Shown here: piece by piece, positions 29,085 through 42,951 of the stretch
How positions within the stretch are numbered: the stretch's first letter is position 1
Layout of the letters: every line of letters starts with the position of its first letter
Assembly (NCBI GenBank): GCA_051294375.1
Contig: CM119263.1
Coordinates: 12,875,723 to 12,939,722, forward strand
DNA: 64,000 nt
Direction: 5' to 3'
Source of the DNA: Paraspadella gotoi
Taxonomy: Eukaryota > Animalia > Chaetognatha
Notes under the pieces: model-generated
Databases searched by the model: none
What the model saw: the letters and a program-made list of their open reading frames with translations, nothing else
What the model was told of the DNA's origin: nothing
Translations under genes and position numbers: made by a program

Positions 29085-31675
29085 AATTGTTGATCTTTTT
29101 AAATCGAGGATCGTCGTCTTAATCGGCTTACCTTTAGCTAGATGATAATGGCTAAATTATCCGCTATTTTCCTCCGTCGTTGCTGAACTGAAATATTCGT
29201 GCGTCTGCCTACGTCTGTACGTTCGTTCGCGTTGTTTTTCGTCGCTTTCTTGTCTTCTGTCTGGCTCTGTTCGCCTTAGTTGTTTCGTCTGTTGTCTTCG
29301 ATTTTGTCCGTTGGTCCGTTTGTCGTCTTTGCTCTCCCCCTCGCCTCCTTCTCGCTCTTGGTTTGCGCTCTTTGTCTGTTTGATTTCATCGTTGTCGTCT
29401 GGTACGTTTTGTCTTCCTGTCTTTCTCTGCCTTTTTTTCGTCTTTGTCTTCCGATTTCCTCTTTGTGTCTTCGTCTTTGTTTTTGTCTCGTCGTCAACGT
29501 CGTTTAACCCACGATGTAAGCGTTGCCGCTTCGTGTATGGAATTCGCTCAATGCGACTTAGTTTCAAAACTTTTAATGTTATAATTAGAAATATTTCGTT
29601 GTTTCATTTTTTAATAATTTTAACTAAGATTGTAACTTGGTTAGAGCTTTGGTTCTGACTGCGGCCTAGTCAATTTTCTTCTTCCTGTCTACATTTTTAA
29701 ACTCGGCGACTGTCGCTGTATCACCGCTCCGATTAATCCGATGCTCCGACTGCTCCGCTGCTCCTACTGCTTCTACTGCTTCCTACTCGCTCCGACTCTC
29801 CGACTTGCTCAACTGCTCCCGACGCTCTGATTGCTGCGACTGCTCTGATTGCTGCCAACTGCTACAATTGCTCCGACTGATCCTACTGCTGTCTACTCGC
29901 TCCTACTGCTCCGACTGCTCGATCTGTGTCCGACGGCCTGTCACTCATTCTATTACGCCTGGCGCGCCACGCCCACCGACGACCTCTCGTCGGCATGCAC
30001 GCCGCGTATCTCGTTACCTGTAGAGGGACGAAAGTGAGACGCGACCCCGAGACGAAATTTTGCGGCGATGGGCAGGACGGTTTATAAGGCGGTTGTTGTA
30101 CGGGCTTGGGGTGGCAGGAATCGACAGAGAGGTTGGGGTGGGGGTGAATGGCCGAAGACAATTCGGAATTTAAGGAAGAAGGTAAGAGACGGAGAAAGCT
30201 TGGCGTGGGCGGAAGAGACTGTACATGGATCTGGTTCCGAAAATATTGATTGATTTGATTGACTTTGTCTCCGAATTCTCTTTATTTAGATACTTTGTAG
30301 GTATGTGATATCGAAAAAAAGACTTGCAAATTGAATTTTAAACTTTTAAAAAAATAATGAAAAAAATTTACCGAGGAAAGGAAGGCTGTGATCTAAAGAA
30401 AGAAAGAAAGAATAGAAAGAAAGAAAGAAAGAAGAAAGAAAGAAAGAAAAGAAGAAAGAAAGAAAAGAAAGAAGAAAGGAAAAAAGAAGAAAGAGAATAA
30501 AAAAACAAAAACAAAAATTTTTTTTCGATATTCAATACCTACAAAGTATCTAAAAAGAGAATTCGGGAGAAAAGTCAATCAATCAATCAATATTTTCGAA
30601 CCCAGCATCCATGTACAGTCTCTTCCGCCCACCCAAGTTTCTCCGTCTCTTACCTTCTCCTAAATTGACTTTGTCTTTCGGCCATTCACCCCCACCCCAA
30701 CCTCTCTGTCATTCCTGCCACCCCAAGCCCTACAACAACCGCCTTATAACCTCCTCCCATCGCCGCAAAATTGCGTCTCGGGTCGCGTCTCACTTTCGTC
30801 CGCGGAACGAGATACGCGGCGGTGCGACGAGAGGTCGGTGGGCGTGGGCGCGAGGCGTTAATAGAATCGGTGACGGGCGGTCGGAAACAGTCGGAGCAGT
30901 CGGGAGCAGTAGGAGCAGTAAGACAAGGCAGTAGGATGCAGTCGGAGCAATTGTAGCAAGTTGCGAGCCAATGCAGAGGGAGCAGTCGGAGCAATCCAGG
31001 CAGTCGGTAAGCAGTTGGACGCAGTCGGCAGACTAGTGCGGAGCAGTTAGGAGCAGTCGGAGCAGTCGGAGCAGTCGGATTAATCGGAGCGGTGATAAGC
31101 GAAGTCGCGAGTTTAAAATGTAGACAGAAGAAGAAAATTGAAGGCGCATCAGACACAAACGTAACCCAAGTTAAATCTTAGTAAAATTATTAAAATGAAA
31201 CACGAAATATTTTAATTATAACATTAAAAGTTTGAAACTAAGTCGATTGAGCGAATTTCATAACGAAGGCAACGTTACATCGTGGTTAACGACGTTGACG
31301 AGAGACAAGAAAACAAAGACGAAGACGACAAAGAGGAAATCGAAGACAAAGACGAAAACAAAGGCGAAGAAAGACAGGAAGACAAAGACCAAGACGACAA
31401 CGATGAAATCAAAGACAAAGACGAAAACCAAGGCGAAGAAGGACAGGAAGACAAAGACGACAACGACAACGACAAAATCGAAGACAAAGACGAAAACTAA
31501 GGCGAAGGAGGACAAGAAGACAAAGAAAGGACGAAAAACAACGCGAAGACGACGAAGAAGGCAACGACGAATTTTCAGTTTCAGCAACGACGGAGGAAAA
31601 TAGTCGATAATCACATTATCATAAAGCAGGTAACGATTAGACGAGAATCTCGATTTAAAAAAGATTCAACATTTT
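29085..31675. repeat. fold-back: 29085-30505 is the reverse complement of 35140-36465, and 30506-31675 is a direct copy of 35316-36466
   Basis: CATCCATGTACAGTCTCTTCCGCCCA occurs at about 30606 and 35410, with a diverged reverse complement at about 30206-30230. The (GAAA)n/(TTTC)n block is mirrored. Confidence 0.9.
31338..31525 (+). repeat. 69-bp minisatellite, about 2.7 copies (further copies near 29240-29480 inverted and 36140-36330)
   Basis: Unit AATC(G/A)AAGACAAAGACGAAAACxAAGGCGAAGxAxGACAxGAAGACAAAG... starts at 31338, 31407 and 31476. Confidence 0.8.
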
Positions 31676-32534
31676 TTAATTATCTATTTATAAAGAAAAA
31701 GGATTAAATTCTTATTTTTTTATTTTTTTTGCATTACAGCGTAAAAAACTACTTATATTGACATAACTTTTTAATCGTTTTTCATGGTTTTACATTGGAA
31801 AAAGTTAGAGAAAACAAAAGTTTGTCTTGTTTTGAAAGACAAATAATTTTATTTAACATTGGACATGTTTCGACTCTTGCTTTAAAGCCTTCCATCGCGT
31901 TGTTTTCAAACAAACAAACTGTTCTCTTTTTTACACAACGAAAAGAAAGAAATAATATAATAACATTAAAATATTATATAACATTTTACAAAAGTTTAAA
32001 AAATTTTGGCCAATCAGAATCATTTCCTAAAAAAATTTTAAAAAAAAATTTATGCCTTTATAAGGATATTACTATAAAAAAAATTTAATTTCTGTTATTT
32101 TGTGCTTAAAAATTTGTTAAGGATTGAATTTATAAATTACATAATAAAGAACGAAATAAATTTTGTAAAAGGACTCCGAGCCTTCATCGCTCCACCCTAA
32201 TGTGCAAGTCGTATTATCCTCAGCGTTCTGTCTCCTTTAACGACTTCACGTAATTTTGCTGCGAAACTTTCGTCCTCAATCCGTTTTTTTCCTTCAACTA
32301 ACTCAATATATAATAAGTTTATATGTGATTTCTTGTGAAAACAAAGTTGTATCGGTTTGAGGACACGTAGGATATTAGTAATTGACCCACAGTGCCGGGT
32401 ATAGTCAAATTTAAACTCACTTTAACAATATTTTTTAAAAAACGGAAAAGCCGAAAAACGGTAAAGCCCTGTAAGTTTGAGAGAGGTAATAGACATACGT
32501 CATTGAGAGGAAGGAATGAAGAACAGGAAAACAA

Positions 32535-32608
<74 letters not shown>

Positions 32609-34457
32609 AGAGAGATACTGTTTTTACAATGCTCAATATATGCTATATAGATTTATGATATACGCTCTTCCCCGCTTTAAAAAATATATCTGAATTTCGC
32701 GCAAGAATACTCGGGGCATGTTTCATTCCCGGGGCATCGAAAGGGCGGGCGTCAAGGTGATGAGCAAAGGGTGGATGGAGTGAAGGGCGGCGAGGAAGAT
32801 GGAAGCGGAAAGCGACATCAAAAAGATTATGCCCAGAATCGCGATTAGCACTTTTTTTATTTTCTTCCTTATGTTTTCATTTTTTTTTCGGAAGATGCCG
32901 AGGCGTTGTGGAAATGGTTCTAACTTCTAAAACAGTTTTTACTGCCCCCTATGCGAAAGGTAACGTATAAAAAAACGATTTTGAATTTAGTAATTACTTT
33001 CAGAAGTTAAATTAATTTTAACGAAGTATTTTTTAAATATGTTTACGGTGCACAATCTCATTAGCATATGCAGTACGACGATTAATAAGCTAATTTACGT
33101 TTTTTGTAATTATTTTTTTAATTTTAAATGATATCTCGGGGAATGTTTAACTGATTCTCGTTGAATATTAGACGTTTAATATTCATCAACAAGTAATACC
33201 CTCAATGAAAGCAAAATTCTGTGAGACGCAACGAGGAGCAAAATATTGCCGTTTTTTTTAAAAACCCGTATAGGTTCGTTAGTTTATAACGGTTTACAGC
33301 CGGACCGAAGTTCTGAATTTTATTTTTAAATGGAGCTTAACGTTCCTATGTCTTATCTCTTATCCTGCTGTCTTTTGTTTTGATGTGGTTGATTTTTGTT
33401 TAATATCGTCCTCCTTAAAAAAAAAAAGGCTTACATTTGAGAATTTTTCAATTGTCATGAATTTTTGGCAACAGAAAAAAAGTATTATTATAACATTGAT
33501 GTCATTTCTTATAGTTTTTATTACTCTTTCATTTATCGATAATATATCATGATCTTCGAGATGAAGATTAGGAGAATTTGGACGATGTAAAGAAAAAGGA
33601 TGGACGTCCCTTAAAATTCCACTCGAACCCAATCGCAGTTCTGCCAAATGTCAAACGATGAATAGAAAGAACAATGGAAACTCGTGGAAGGCGAATACAA
33701 ATTTTCGTTTTCTCTGATCAAATCGATGTTCAAAATAAATAGAGTGTAAAGGGAACCGGTTTGGTTTGTCAGTCCATCCACGCGTCGTGACTACAAACTC
33801 CCAAATTCTCCAACTACTTCAACTATGTACCCCCCCTGGCCAAATTACATCTTCAGCTCAGGCTTCGCATTTCACACCCCTCGGCTCTCATACTTCCTTC
33901 TCGCACACGCGTTTCTTTTTTCTCTTTTTTTTTTTAAAGTTGCCCCTCTTTTTTTTTCTATCCTTTTCTCCCTATTTTCATATTTTATTTTCTTTTTCCT
34001 TCCATTTTTACGACACCACTGTTTGCGATTTCTTAACCCAAAGTATTTTAACAGAGTTTGTGCCCATGGTTGAAGCGTCTCTGGCGCGCCAAAAAGTCAT
34101 GAGTATGCGCTGCTGCTAGCCACACGACTCCGCCGCTGACAACACCACCGACGCTTAAATTCAGCACGCTCGAACCACCGCTGCTTCGTCGCTGTCGCAA
34201 ACGGGACGCCGACTCTCCTCAGGACGTCCGCCGCCCCCGACAGGCACCCGACGCCGCTGCCATTTCACCCACCCCCCCCAACCCCTTATTCCAGGCGCGA
34301 CGACGTGACTCTGGCTCGACCAGACTGCCACCGGTGCAGTCATTGAGTTATTTTGATCAAAAAAATTGGAGTGGATTTGAATTCAGAAGGGAAAAGTTTT
34401 CCCGCTTTTTTTGCGTTTTTTTTTTTTTATTTCTTTCTTTTGGCGAAACGGAACTGC

Positions 34458-34505
<48 letters not shown>

Positions 34506-35194
34506 AGAGAAAGAGAGGTGAAGAGAAACCGGACAAGCCGCAAATCAATCAGAAATGTCGGGACCATTCAGGACCCGCGAAATTTTAGTGGAAGACATCC
34601 CGACTCACCTACGTCCTCCAATCGGAAAGAGATGAAAACAATTATGTTGGGAATGGATTCAAGCTGGCAAAACTTTCCTTTTTATTCCATTACTTTTCAC
34701 GAAATGTAGTGTAAGAAGTAAAATTTTAACCTTAATATTTTTTTTAGCATCACAAAAATCAAATATATTTTTGAGAATATTTTATATAATAATAAAAATT
34801 AATTAAATAAGTAAATATACACATTAATTAATAAACAATCAAACGACGAAGTGCTGAAGAAAGCTGTCCGATGGCTAATGGACGAGAAAAAGAAGAAATG
34901 TGGCCCATCTTTGTCTCCTTTAAAACTGCGTAATTATCTTTTTTTCTTCTTTCTTGTATTCCTTCCTTTTATTTCCTTTTTCTTTTCCCTCTCGTTTATC
35001 TTTGCCACCTTCCTCTCCTATGATGCACCATCGTTTTCTCTCGATCACTTTCCCTTCCCTGATCCGCCTCATCTCACTGCCGAGTTCCCTTTCCATCGCG
35101 CCAGTCTGCTCCTCCCACTCGACCCTCTCACTTTCTGTTTTTTTTTGTTTTTGTTTTTTTTTTCTTCATTTCTTTCTTTCTTTTCTTTCTTTCT

Positions 35195-35242
<48 letters not shown>

Positions 35243-35689
35243 TAGATCAACAGCTTCCTTTCCTCGTAAATTTTTCATTTATTTTTTTAAAAGTTTAAAT
35301 ATTCAATTTCAAGTCTTTTTTTTTCGATATCAAATCATACCTAAAAGTACTAACAAAGAGAATTAAAACGGTGAAAAAGTCAATCAATCAATCAATATTT
35401 TCGAACCAGCATCCATGTACAGTCTCTTCCGCCCACCCAAGTTTCTCCGTCTCTTACCTTCTCCTAAATTGACTTTGTCTTCGGCCATTCACCCCACCCC
35501 AACCTCTCTGTCATTCCTGCCACCCCAAGCCCTACAACAACCGCCTTATAAACCTCCTCGCCCATCGCCGCAAAATTGCGTCTCGGGTCGCGTCTCACTT
35601 TCGTCCTCAGGAACGAGATACGCGTCGTGTGCGACGAGAGGTCGGTGGGCGTGGCGCGAGGCGTTAATAGAATCGGTGACGGCGGTCGA

Positions 35690-35890
35690 CAGTCGGAGCA
35701 GTCGGAGCAGTAGGAGCAGTAGACAGCAGTAGGAGCAGTCGGAGCAATTGTAGCAGTTGGAGCAATCAATCAGAGCAGTCGGAGCAATCAGAGCCGTCGG
35801 AGCAGTTGGAGCAGTCGGAGCAGTGGAGCAGTAGGAGCAGTAGAAGCAGTAGGAGCAGTCGGAGCAGTCGGAGCATCGGATTAATCGGAG
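35690..35890 (+). repeat. 9-bp tandem repeat GGAGCAGT(C/A) (copies at about 29740-29920 inverted and 30890-31090)
   Basis: Visible array cggagcagt/aggagcagt; it produces the TAPTAP ORFs in the track. Confidence 0.85.
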
Positions 35891-38800
35891 CGGTGATAAG
35901 CGAAGTCGCGAGTTTAAAATGTAGACAGCAAGAAGAAAAATGACAGGCGCATCAGACACAACGTAACCCAAGTTAAATCTGTAGTAAATTATTAAAAATG
36001 ACAAATCGAAATATTTTAATTATAACATTAAAAGTTTGAAACTAAGTCGATTGAGCGAATTTATAACGAAGGGCAACGTTACATCGTGCGTTAAACGACG
36101 TTGACGAGAGACAAGAAACAAAGACGAAGACGACAAAGAGGAAATCGAAGACAAAGACGAAAACAGGCGAAGAAAGACAGGAAGACAAAAGACCAAGACG
36201 ACAACGATGAAATCAAAAACAAAGACGAACCAGAGGCGAGAAGGACAGGAAGACAAAGACGACAACGACAACGACAAAATCGAAGACAAAGACGAAAACT
36301 AAGCGAAGGAGGACAAGAAGACAAAGAAAGACGAAAAACAACGCGAAGACGACGAAGAAGGCAACGACGAATTTTCAGTTTCAGCACGACGGAGGAATAG
36401 ATCGATAACCATTATCATAAGGCAGGTAATGATTAGACGAGATCTCGATTTAAAAAGATCAACATTTCTCTATGACACAATGAAAATGGACCGCTTAACG
36501 TTACTGTGCCGTGCATAAAAAAATATTTCACTGTTCAAATATTATCTAGTATTTCCTTTTTATTTTTTGAAACGTTATATGTTTATATGTCCATATCCAA
36601 AAATTCAATGCAAAAATTTTTTTTGTTTTTAGATGATGGACCGAGCATATCAGGGTGAAAGGATGATAAATTTTTTTAAAAAAGTTTTATTCATTAATTT
36701 ATTCCGTAGAATTTATAAAAAAATTAAAAAAATAAATACGTACCTAATAGTTAGTGTTATGTCTCACAAATAGACTGCGGAAAAAAAACCTCATTTAAAA
36801 ATTCGATCGGAAGTGCCGGTAACTAAAGGCTTACCAATTGCATCCTCAACGACCGGATTGTTCTCTTCAACTAATTTTTTAGTTATTTAATAGCATTGAA
36901 TAGCCGAAAAAAAGAATAATTCAGTAATGCAGGTGTATAATAGGGTACAGAATAATCTCGGGTAACATATCTTACTGACATGATACCATGACCTTTTTAT
37001 GATGTTGTGAATGGGGGCATGTAAAGATATCTAAAAAATTCTGATCATAAGTCAGTCAATGAACCCTTTCTAACTGGCTATTACGAGAAATATTTTTTTC
37101 TTAATTAATAATGGATGATAAATAATAGAATTAATTCCTTGCTATATTTAAACAGAAATTATTCAATTACAATTAACACCAATGATTCTTGTTTTTCAAA
37201 TATATTGCCAGCTAATATATATTTTTTAAAAACTTTAATTATGAGTAAACGAAGCAGTGTGTCAAGCTTTTAGTTTTGCAGTTAAAGATAATTAAAAAAT
37301 GCCGATTTTTTCACGGGCTCGCAGCCCAAGAGGTAAGATGTCAGAACTGTTTATATCAATGCTGAAAACATTTTGTATTGATCATTTTTGATATTCTAAA
37401 AAGAATTTTATCAAACTACAATATAAAGTTTTTTGCTTGTTTTTACTTTAACTTAAAAAATATATAAGCAGTTTTATGGAATAAAGAAAGATTTAATAAT
37501 AACAAGAATGTAATTTCAGTCTTTCCTTTTTTAAAATTACAAAGAAAAAATAAAAAATTTCTATGCCTTCATTTAAAATTTAAAGCGCAAAAAACTGTTA
37601 TAATTTAACTCTGATTTAAACAAAGCTGTGTAAAGATTTTGGTTTAATTTAATAAAACTTTAGGAAAGGTGTCCCCATGATTAGGCTTTAATTATTACCA
37701 CACGCAGATCTTGCTAGCCTCTGTTTCTTTCAAAAGTTATTAATAAAATATATTTTTTTTAAAGCTACGTCAGTACAGAATCTTTTTGAATAAATAAAAA
37801 TTTGGTCAAAGCGGGAGTAATCTCACTTATTCTATGGTAAATACTTAAATTTTAAAATAAACTTGAAGAAAATTTTTTGTCATTTAGAGACATATCAACT
37901 TTCAATGTACCCATCGTATAATAATTGAATTTATTTATTTCCCCAAAAAAAGCCCTATTAAAAATAGCTGAAATTTTCTTCAAATTTGTTGGAAAAAAAA
38001 TTTCCTCCGACCCTATACTCATTGAGAATAATGGTTTGCATAGAAAATCAATAAACAAAAAAATAAAAAATCAGCCTCTAGAAAAATCGAAGGCTAGAGG
38101 CTGAATTTTTTTAGAATGCAGAAATTTTTTTCCTAACTCGAAATCATTATTCTCAAGTTTCAAAATATTTTTTTCGCCAAAATCATTCAATCAATTTTTT
38201 TTTATTATTTAAAATGTTTTTATGATGTTGTTTTTGTTTGAAAGAAGTGAAAAAAGTGAAAATATTAGTAATATATAAAGGTTATTTGGAAATACCTCTA
38301 AAATATTTAGATAATTAAACCAAAGGGAGTAAGCAGAAAAACTCCCATTCTATAAAAAAAATTGAAAATGAATTTGTCATATTGTTTATTTTAGATTAAT
38401 TGACTAATTACAAACATATGATTCAATATAAATTGAGGAAATGATGGGTAAAATAAAATATTTATCATCTTGGTTCGGTTAACTATTAAGTTATCGTTAA
38501 AATTGTTTTAAAATAATTTAATATTTTTTTTGCATTTATAAAAGCCCAATGGTCTACAAATTTTGTAAGCGTTTCGAGCTATATGGCTTCAATCTTTTTT
38601 AACTATTTTTGAATAATAGTTAGCTTTTTTGTTGATGGTATAGGGTTATGGTCAGACACAGTAATGTCCAGTAGTGTATATCGCACATATTCACAAAAGT
38701 AATTAATCAATTAATTTGGCTCAGAAATAATTTAAAGGGACAAAATCAGCAACGAGACAGAAAACGCCACGTTATTTTTCATTGTGTCTTAATAGAATTT

Positions 38801-40286
38801 CCGTTCAAAATCTGAACTACCCAAATTGCAAACGCGTATGCCAAAAATCGTGGTAGAAAATCAGTTGTAAAAACGTCAGGATTCCGATCAGCGTTACATC
38901 TGAAGACTTTGTCCTATACGTTTTTTCACAATTTGATGAAGGATTTGATATCGAAGCAAGCCAGGGGAAATGCAACTCCTCAAGTCCTCATAGTCAAGAG
39001 AATTTTTCAAACTCAATTTTTACGTATAGAATTGAAAGGGAAAGTTACAAACTGAAAAGTTGGCAAACGGGATTGCATAATGTCTGTTACATGAGAGACT
39101 TCGAATTTCGCGATTCGAAGCTTTGTGGTCTGAATAGCTTTGTCCCTATTTTTCTGTTTTTCATTTTATAATGATTTTGACATAAAATGATCAGGTTAAA
39201 TGAAATAGTCTGGTTTGAATTCGCGAAATTTTTAATTTAAAAAGAATTAAAAGGAAGGTTGAGAAAAAAACTATTTTTCCTATATCTTTTTGAAGGAATA
39301 AAGTATACGGGATGGCAATAGTACTAAATGAAGCCAAATCAAAGGGCAACTTACAAGATACAATTTTTTTTTTAAGAATTACTTATACTGAACTCCTTAC
39401 AGGAAGTTGTCAAACTAAGTCAAAATTAATAATGAATTTTAAAACTAATGACACCCATAAGTAAAATGAAAATTAATATTTTTAAATGTATTCTAAAGAA
39501 AAAAGGCTAAATGTTACTCTATAAAACTTTAAAGTTTTTTGGATAAAGAGAAATGTAATTTTTTGTCCACTTAAATATTTGCTTGTCTGATTTTAAGCAT
39601 GCTTACAAAATTCTACAAAAATATATCTACCGCAATCACAGCCTAAGTATTTAATCCTTCTTTTCCACTAAGCAAAAAGTAAAGCATTATCTATTGAAGA
39701 GTAAAGGGATGTTACTGAAAGAGTGGAAAAGACATTCAACTTCTTCACTTTTGATGTTATTTTTTTTCAATAATAAAATAAGCGATTTTTTTGAATTATT
39801 TAACTCTCACAGGCTTCATAGATATTACACTTTCATAAATCCAATGGTTAATGTAATGTTATTAATATTTTTTAACCCAGAAATCTGAATAAAATAAAAG
39901 AAAGTGTGGATTCCATTCGCTCGTTAAGATAAAAAAAAAATTAACTAGCGGAAATTATAAGTTGTAAAGAGGAAGTCAAGAACGGCGAGAATCTTAAGAG
40001 GCGAGAATGTTGAAAAAAGGGGAGAGGAATTTTGGTTGTTTTGGTCGATTTCCTTCTAAACATGGGCCAATTTAAACGTAACTTAAGATTACATTATTAC
40101 CAGTCAATTCTTATCCAAAAATATAAAAATATTAATGNNNNNNNNNNNNNNNNNNNNNNNNNAAAAAAGGTTTGGGATCGACTATAGGAATTTGGTTCTA
40201 TAACGATAAAGAAAAAAAAACCGAGGAAAGAAAAAGTTGGCGAGTGACGAGACTAGAAAAAAGAACAATCGATTACCAGGAAAACT

Positions 40287-40292
40287 TTTATT
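40287..40292 (-). promoter_or_regulatory. candidate polyadenylation signal of the unk-like gene
   Basis: AATAAA on the minus strand about 1.1 kb downstream of the stop, near where GC-richer UTR-like sequence gives way to AT-rich DNA. The motif is common by chance in this sequence. Confidence 0.3.
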
Positions 40293-40639
40293 TCATTAAA
40301 AACATATACATTTTCACCGACTCTTTTACACGATCTCAAACGTTTTCCTAAGAAATATATATATACAAAAAACATTAAAAATTTGTCACTGGCGGCTCGA
40401 ATATGACCCCCTTTTACCTCGACGCCATAAAGCGGCTAAAGCGGCGGCGGCAGCGGTAGCGATGGCGGTGGTAGCCTCAGCAACGTCGTTGGTAGCAAAA
40501 ATGCACAACCTCTTGACATATTTCTTCGCCACGAAATCGTAAATCCAACCCTTTTTTTTCCCGTAATACATTTTCCTCCCATTTCCTCGACTTTCTCCGG
40601 GTTATTTGTTTTTCTCATACTTTTCTTTAATATTATCTT

Positions 40640-40704
<65 letters not shown>

Positions 40705-41370
40705 CTCTCTCTCTCTTCGGGTGTCTATCGCAAGCTTTCAGTCCTCATCTTTCTCTTTCTCTCATTTTCGGTCCCCTTTTCCTCATCGCTACTCAAAGAC
40801 GTGAGCCCCGGAGAGGGAACTAACAATATTTCCTTTTTTTTTCTTCCACGTCGTCATCGTCGTCTTTTTCGTCGCGATCGTCGTCGCCCTCCTCGTCGCG
40901 ATCATCTCCGGCGCCATCTTTCTCGTCGGACATGACGTCACGGTCGTTTCCGGCGTCGAGTTCCTCTCCTTCCTCCTCGCTCTCCTTCTCTTCCTCCTTT
41001 TCCCATATTTTCCTCAAAGCTGCCGAAGGTTGAAAGCGGATAAAAAGGAGAGGGAAACAAAGGTGAAGGATTATGGCAAGGGGTTGAGGGGAAACTCGGC
41101 TGACCCTGAGGAGGAGGAGGAGGAGGAGGAGGAGGAGGAGGAAGAGGAGGGGAAATATTGATGAATAATCGCGTCGAGGAAAGGAAATTTACGAGATGAA
41201 TGAGAAAATTAGGAGGAGGTGATTTCAGGAGTGGGAGAAGGTCGCTCAGGACGGAAGACGGAGAGAACAACATCTTGAATACGGATTATGAAACAAGAGC
41301 GAAGGGAATCGGTGGTTAAAATAACAAAACAGAATCGACAGGAAAGGCCGAGGAAAGAAGGAAGAATTCG

Positions 41371-41763
41371 CTAAAGAGTTGCCCGTCTGCGAGAGAATCT
41401 AATATTCACTGAACACCAGGTGTGAATCCGACCTACGACTTCACCCATCCCCTCACCCCCCCCCGCCGCCACCACGTCCTCCAGCCACCATCCCCAACCG
41501 TCGTTTTGCCAGCGAATGACTTCGTCGACGACGCGGATGCTTCGTTCGAGGATCCTCTTCATCTCCACCAACTTGTCCAGACTCGTCCCTTCCAGATCCA
41601 TGTCTCCCTCGTCGAGGCGACAAAGGAATGTCCAGAACTCGCTCGCCGACGAGTAGCGCCGCCAACGCCGATCGGCGGCCTTGGCGGCGAAAGCGGCGTC
41701 GCAACGCCGTCTCCCCAGCGGCGAATCGGCGCCGTCGTCGGTTAGTGTCAGGTAGGCGGACGC
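41371..41763 (-). CDS. unk: Unkempt-like terminal exon 6
   Basis: Acceptor ttcttag| at 41764, in frame with ORF 41371..41601. GDMDLEGTSLDKLVEMKRILERSIRVVDEVI resembles the pre-RING helix of Unkempt proteins. Ends in TAG with no RING Cys pattern. Confidence 0.72.
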   Translation of the reverse strand, partial: ASAYLTLTDDGADSPLGRRRCDAAFAAKAADRRWRRYSSASEFWTFLCRLDEGDMDLEGTSLDKLVEMKRILERSIRVVDEVIRWQNDGWGWWLEDVVAAGGGEGMGEVVGRIHTWCSVNIRFSRRRATL

Positions 41764-42046
41764 CTAAGAACGAGGGAGGAAGAGCGGTGAAGAGGAGAAA
41801 GCGAGAACATTAACATATTACGGAAGAGATAAACTGAAGAGAAGGAAATAGAATAACCGAATTTAAAAACGGGTAAGAGGAAATAAATAAGTATTAATTC
41901 AATATTCGTCGAGAAAGATTCTTAAGATGTTTTTATATTTTTTTTGTACCCGAAAAAAGAGGTGATAAGAGAGGAAATAAGAGGGAAAGCGGGGAGAGAA
42001 GAGAGAGAGGAGGAGATGAGAGAGAGAGAGAGGAGAGAGAGAGAGA

Positions 42047-42097
<51 letters not shown>

Positions 42098-42907
42098 ACG
42101 TGGTCGGCCGGCGTAGGTGGAAATATTCGAACCTCGTTTATAGTTATGGGCAATAAAAATCGCGGAAGAACCAGAATAGCCTTTTGCTTTGCTCGCGAGT
42201 GTTTATAGAAATCTCTAAGAGTGGCGAAATTTTGACGCTGGATGCCGCCAAGAAAGTGTTGGCGAGGAGAGCTCGGGGAAAATAGTTTAAAGCAATCATT
42301 TTAGTTCAAACTTTGCGGCTTCCCCTTCCACCCAGCCTACAGAGAACGAATTCACCCGACAGGGTGTGCTAAGTTAGGTAATCGAGTTAGTAAGTTTGTG
42401 AAGAGTATGAAGATATTTTTTAAAATAATTATTACCGAAAGAAAAAAATTACAGGAAAATTTTTTCGAATAAATAAAAGAGACAATTGACAGTTAAGACG
42501 AATAAAAGATAAAACGATTTGAAACAATTTTTGACATTCAACAATAAATGAGATAAATATAAATAAGTATAAAAGTGTTAAGGGAAAATAAGGAAAATCA
42601 CCGCGATAAATTGAAATTGTTTGCCCGAACAAAGTCAACGGGCGGGAACCGGCGACGGGAACGCCAACGGAGACGAATTATTTCCGTCGTCGTGCGATAC
42701 TCAGATTGTGAACTGTGTAAGAGAAAAATACCAGCATCTGTTTATTCCGCCTTAATCATCTCATCTCTCTCCAAAGATGAACTCTCTTCACTCCCCTCTC
42801 TTCTCTCCGATTTCATCTCTCATCTCGAGGAGAATGCCTCGTCCTCTCTCCTCTTCTCTTCTTCCTCTCTCTCTCTTCTCTTCTCTCTCATCTCGTCTCT
42901 CTCTCTG

Positions 42908-42951
<44 letters not shown>

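Noticed and set aside
29740-35890. 9-bp and 69-bp repeat arrays as CRISPR-like arrays
   Set aside because: They are contiguous tandem units with no unique spacers, in a eukaryotic context with no cas genes.
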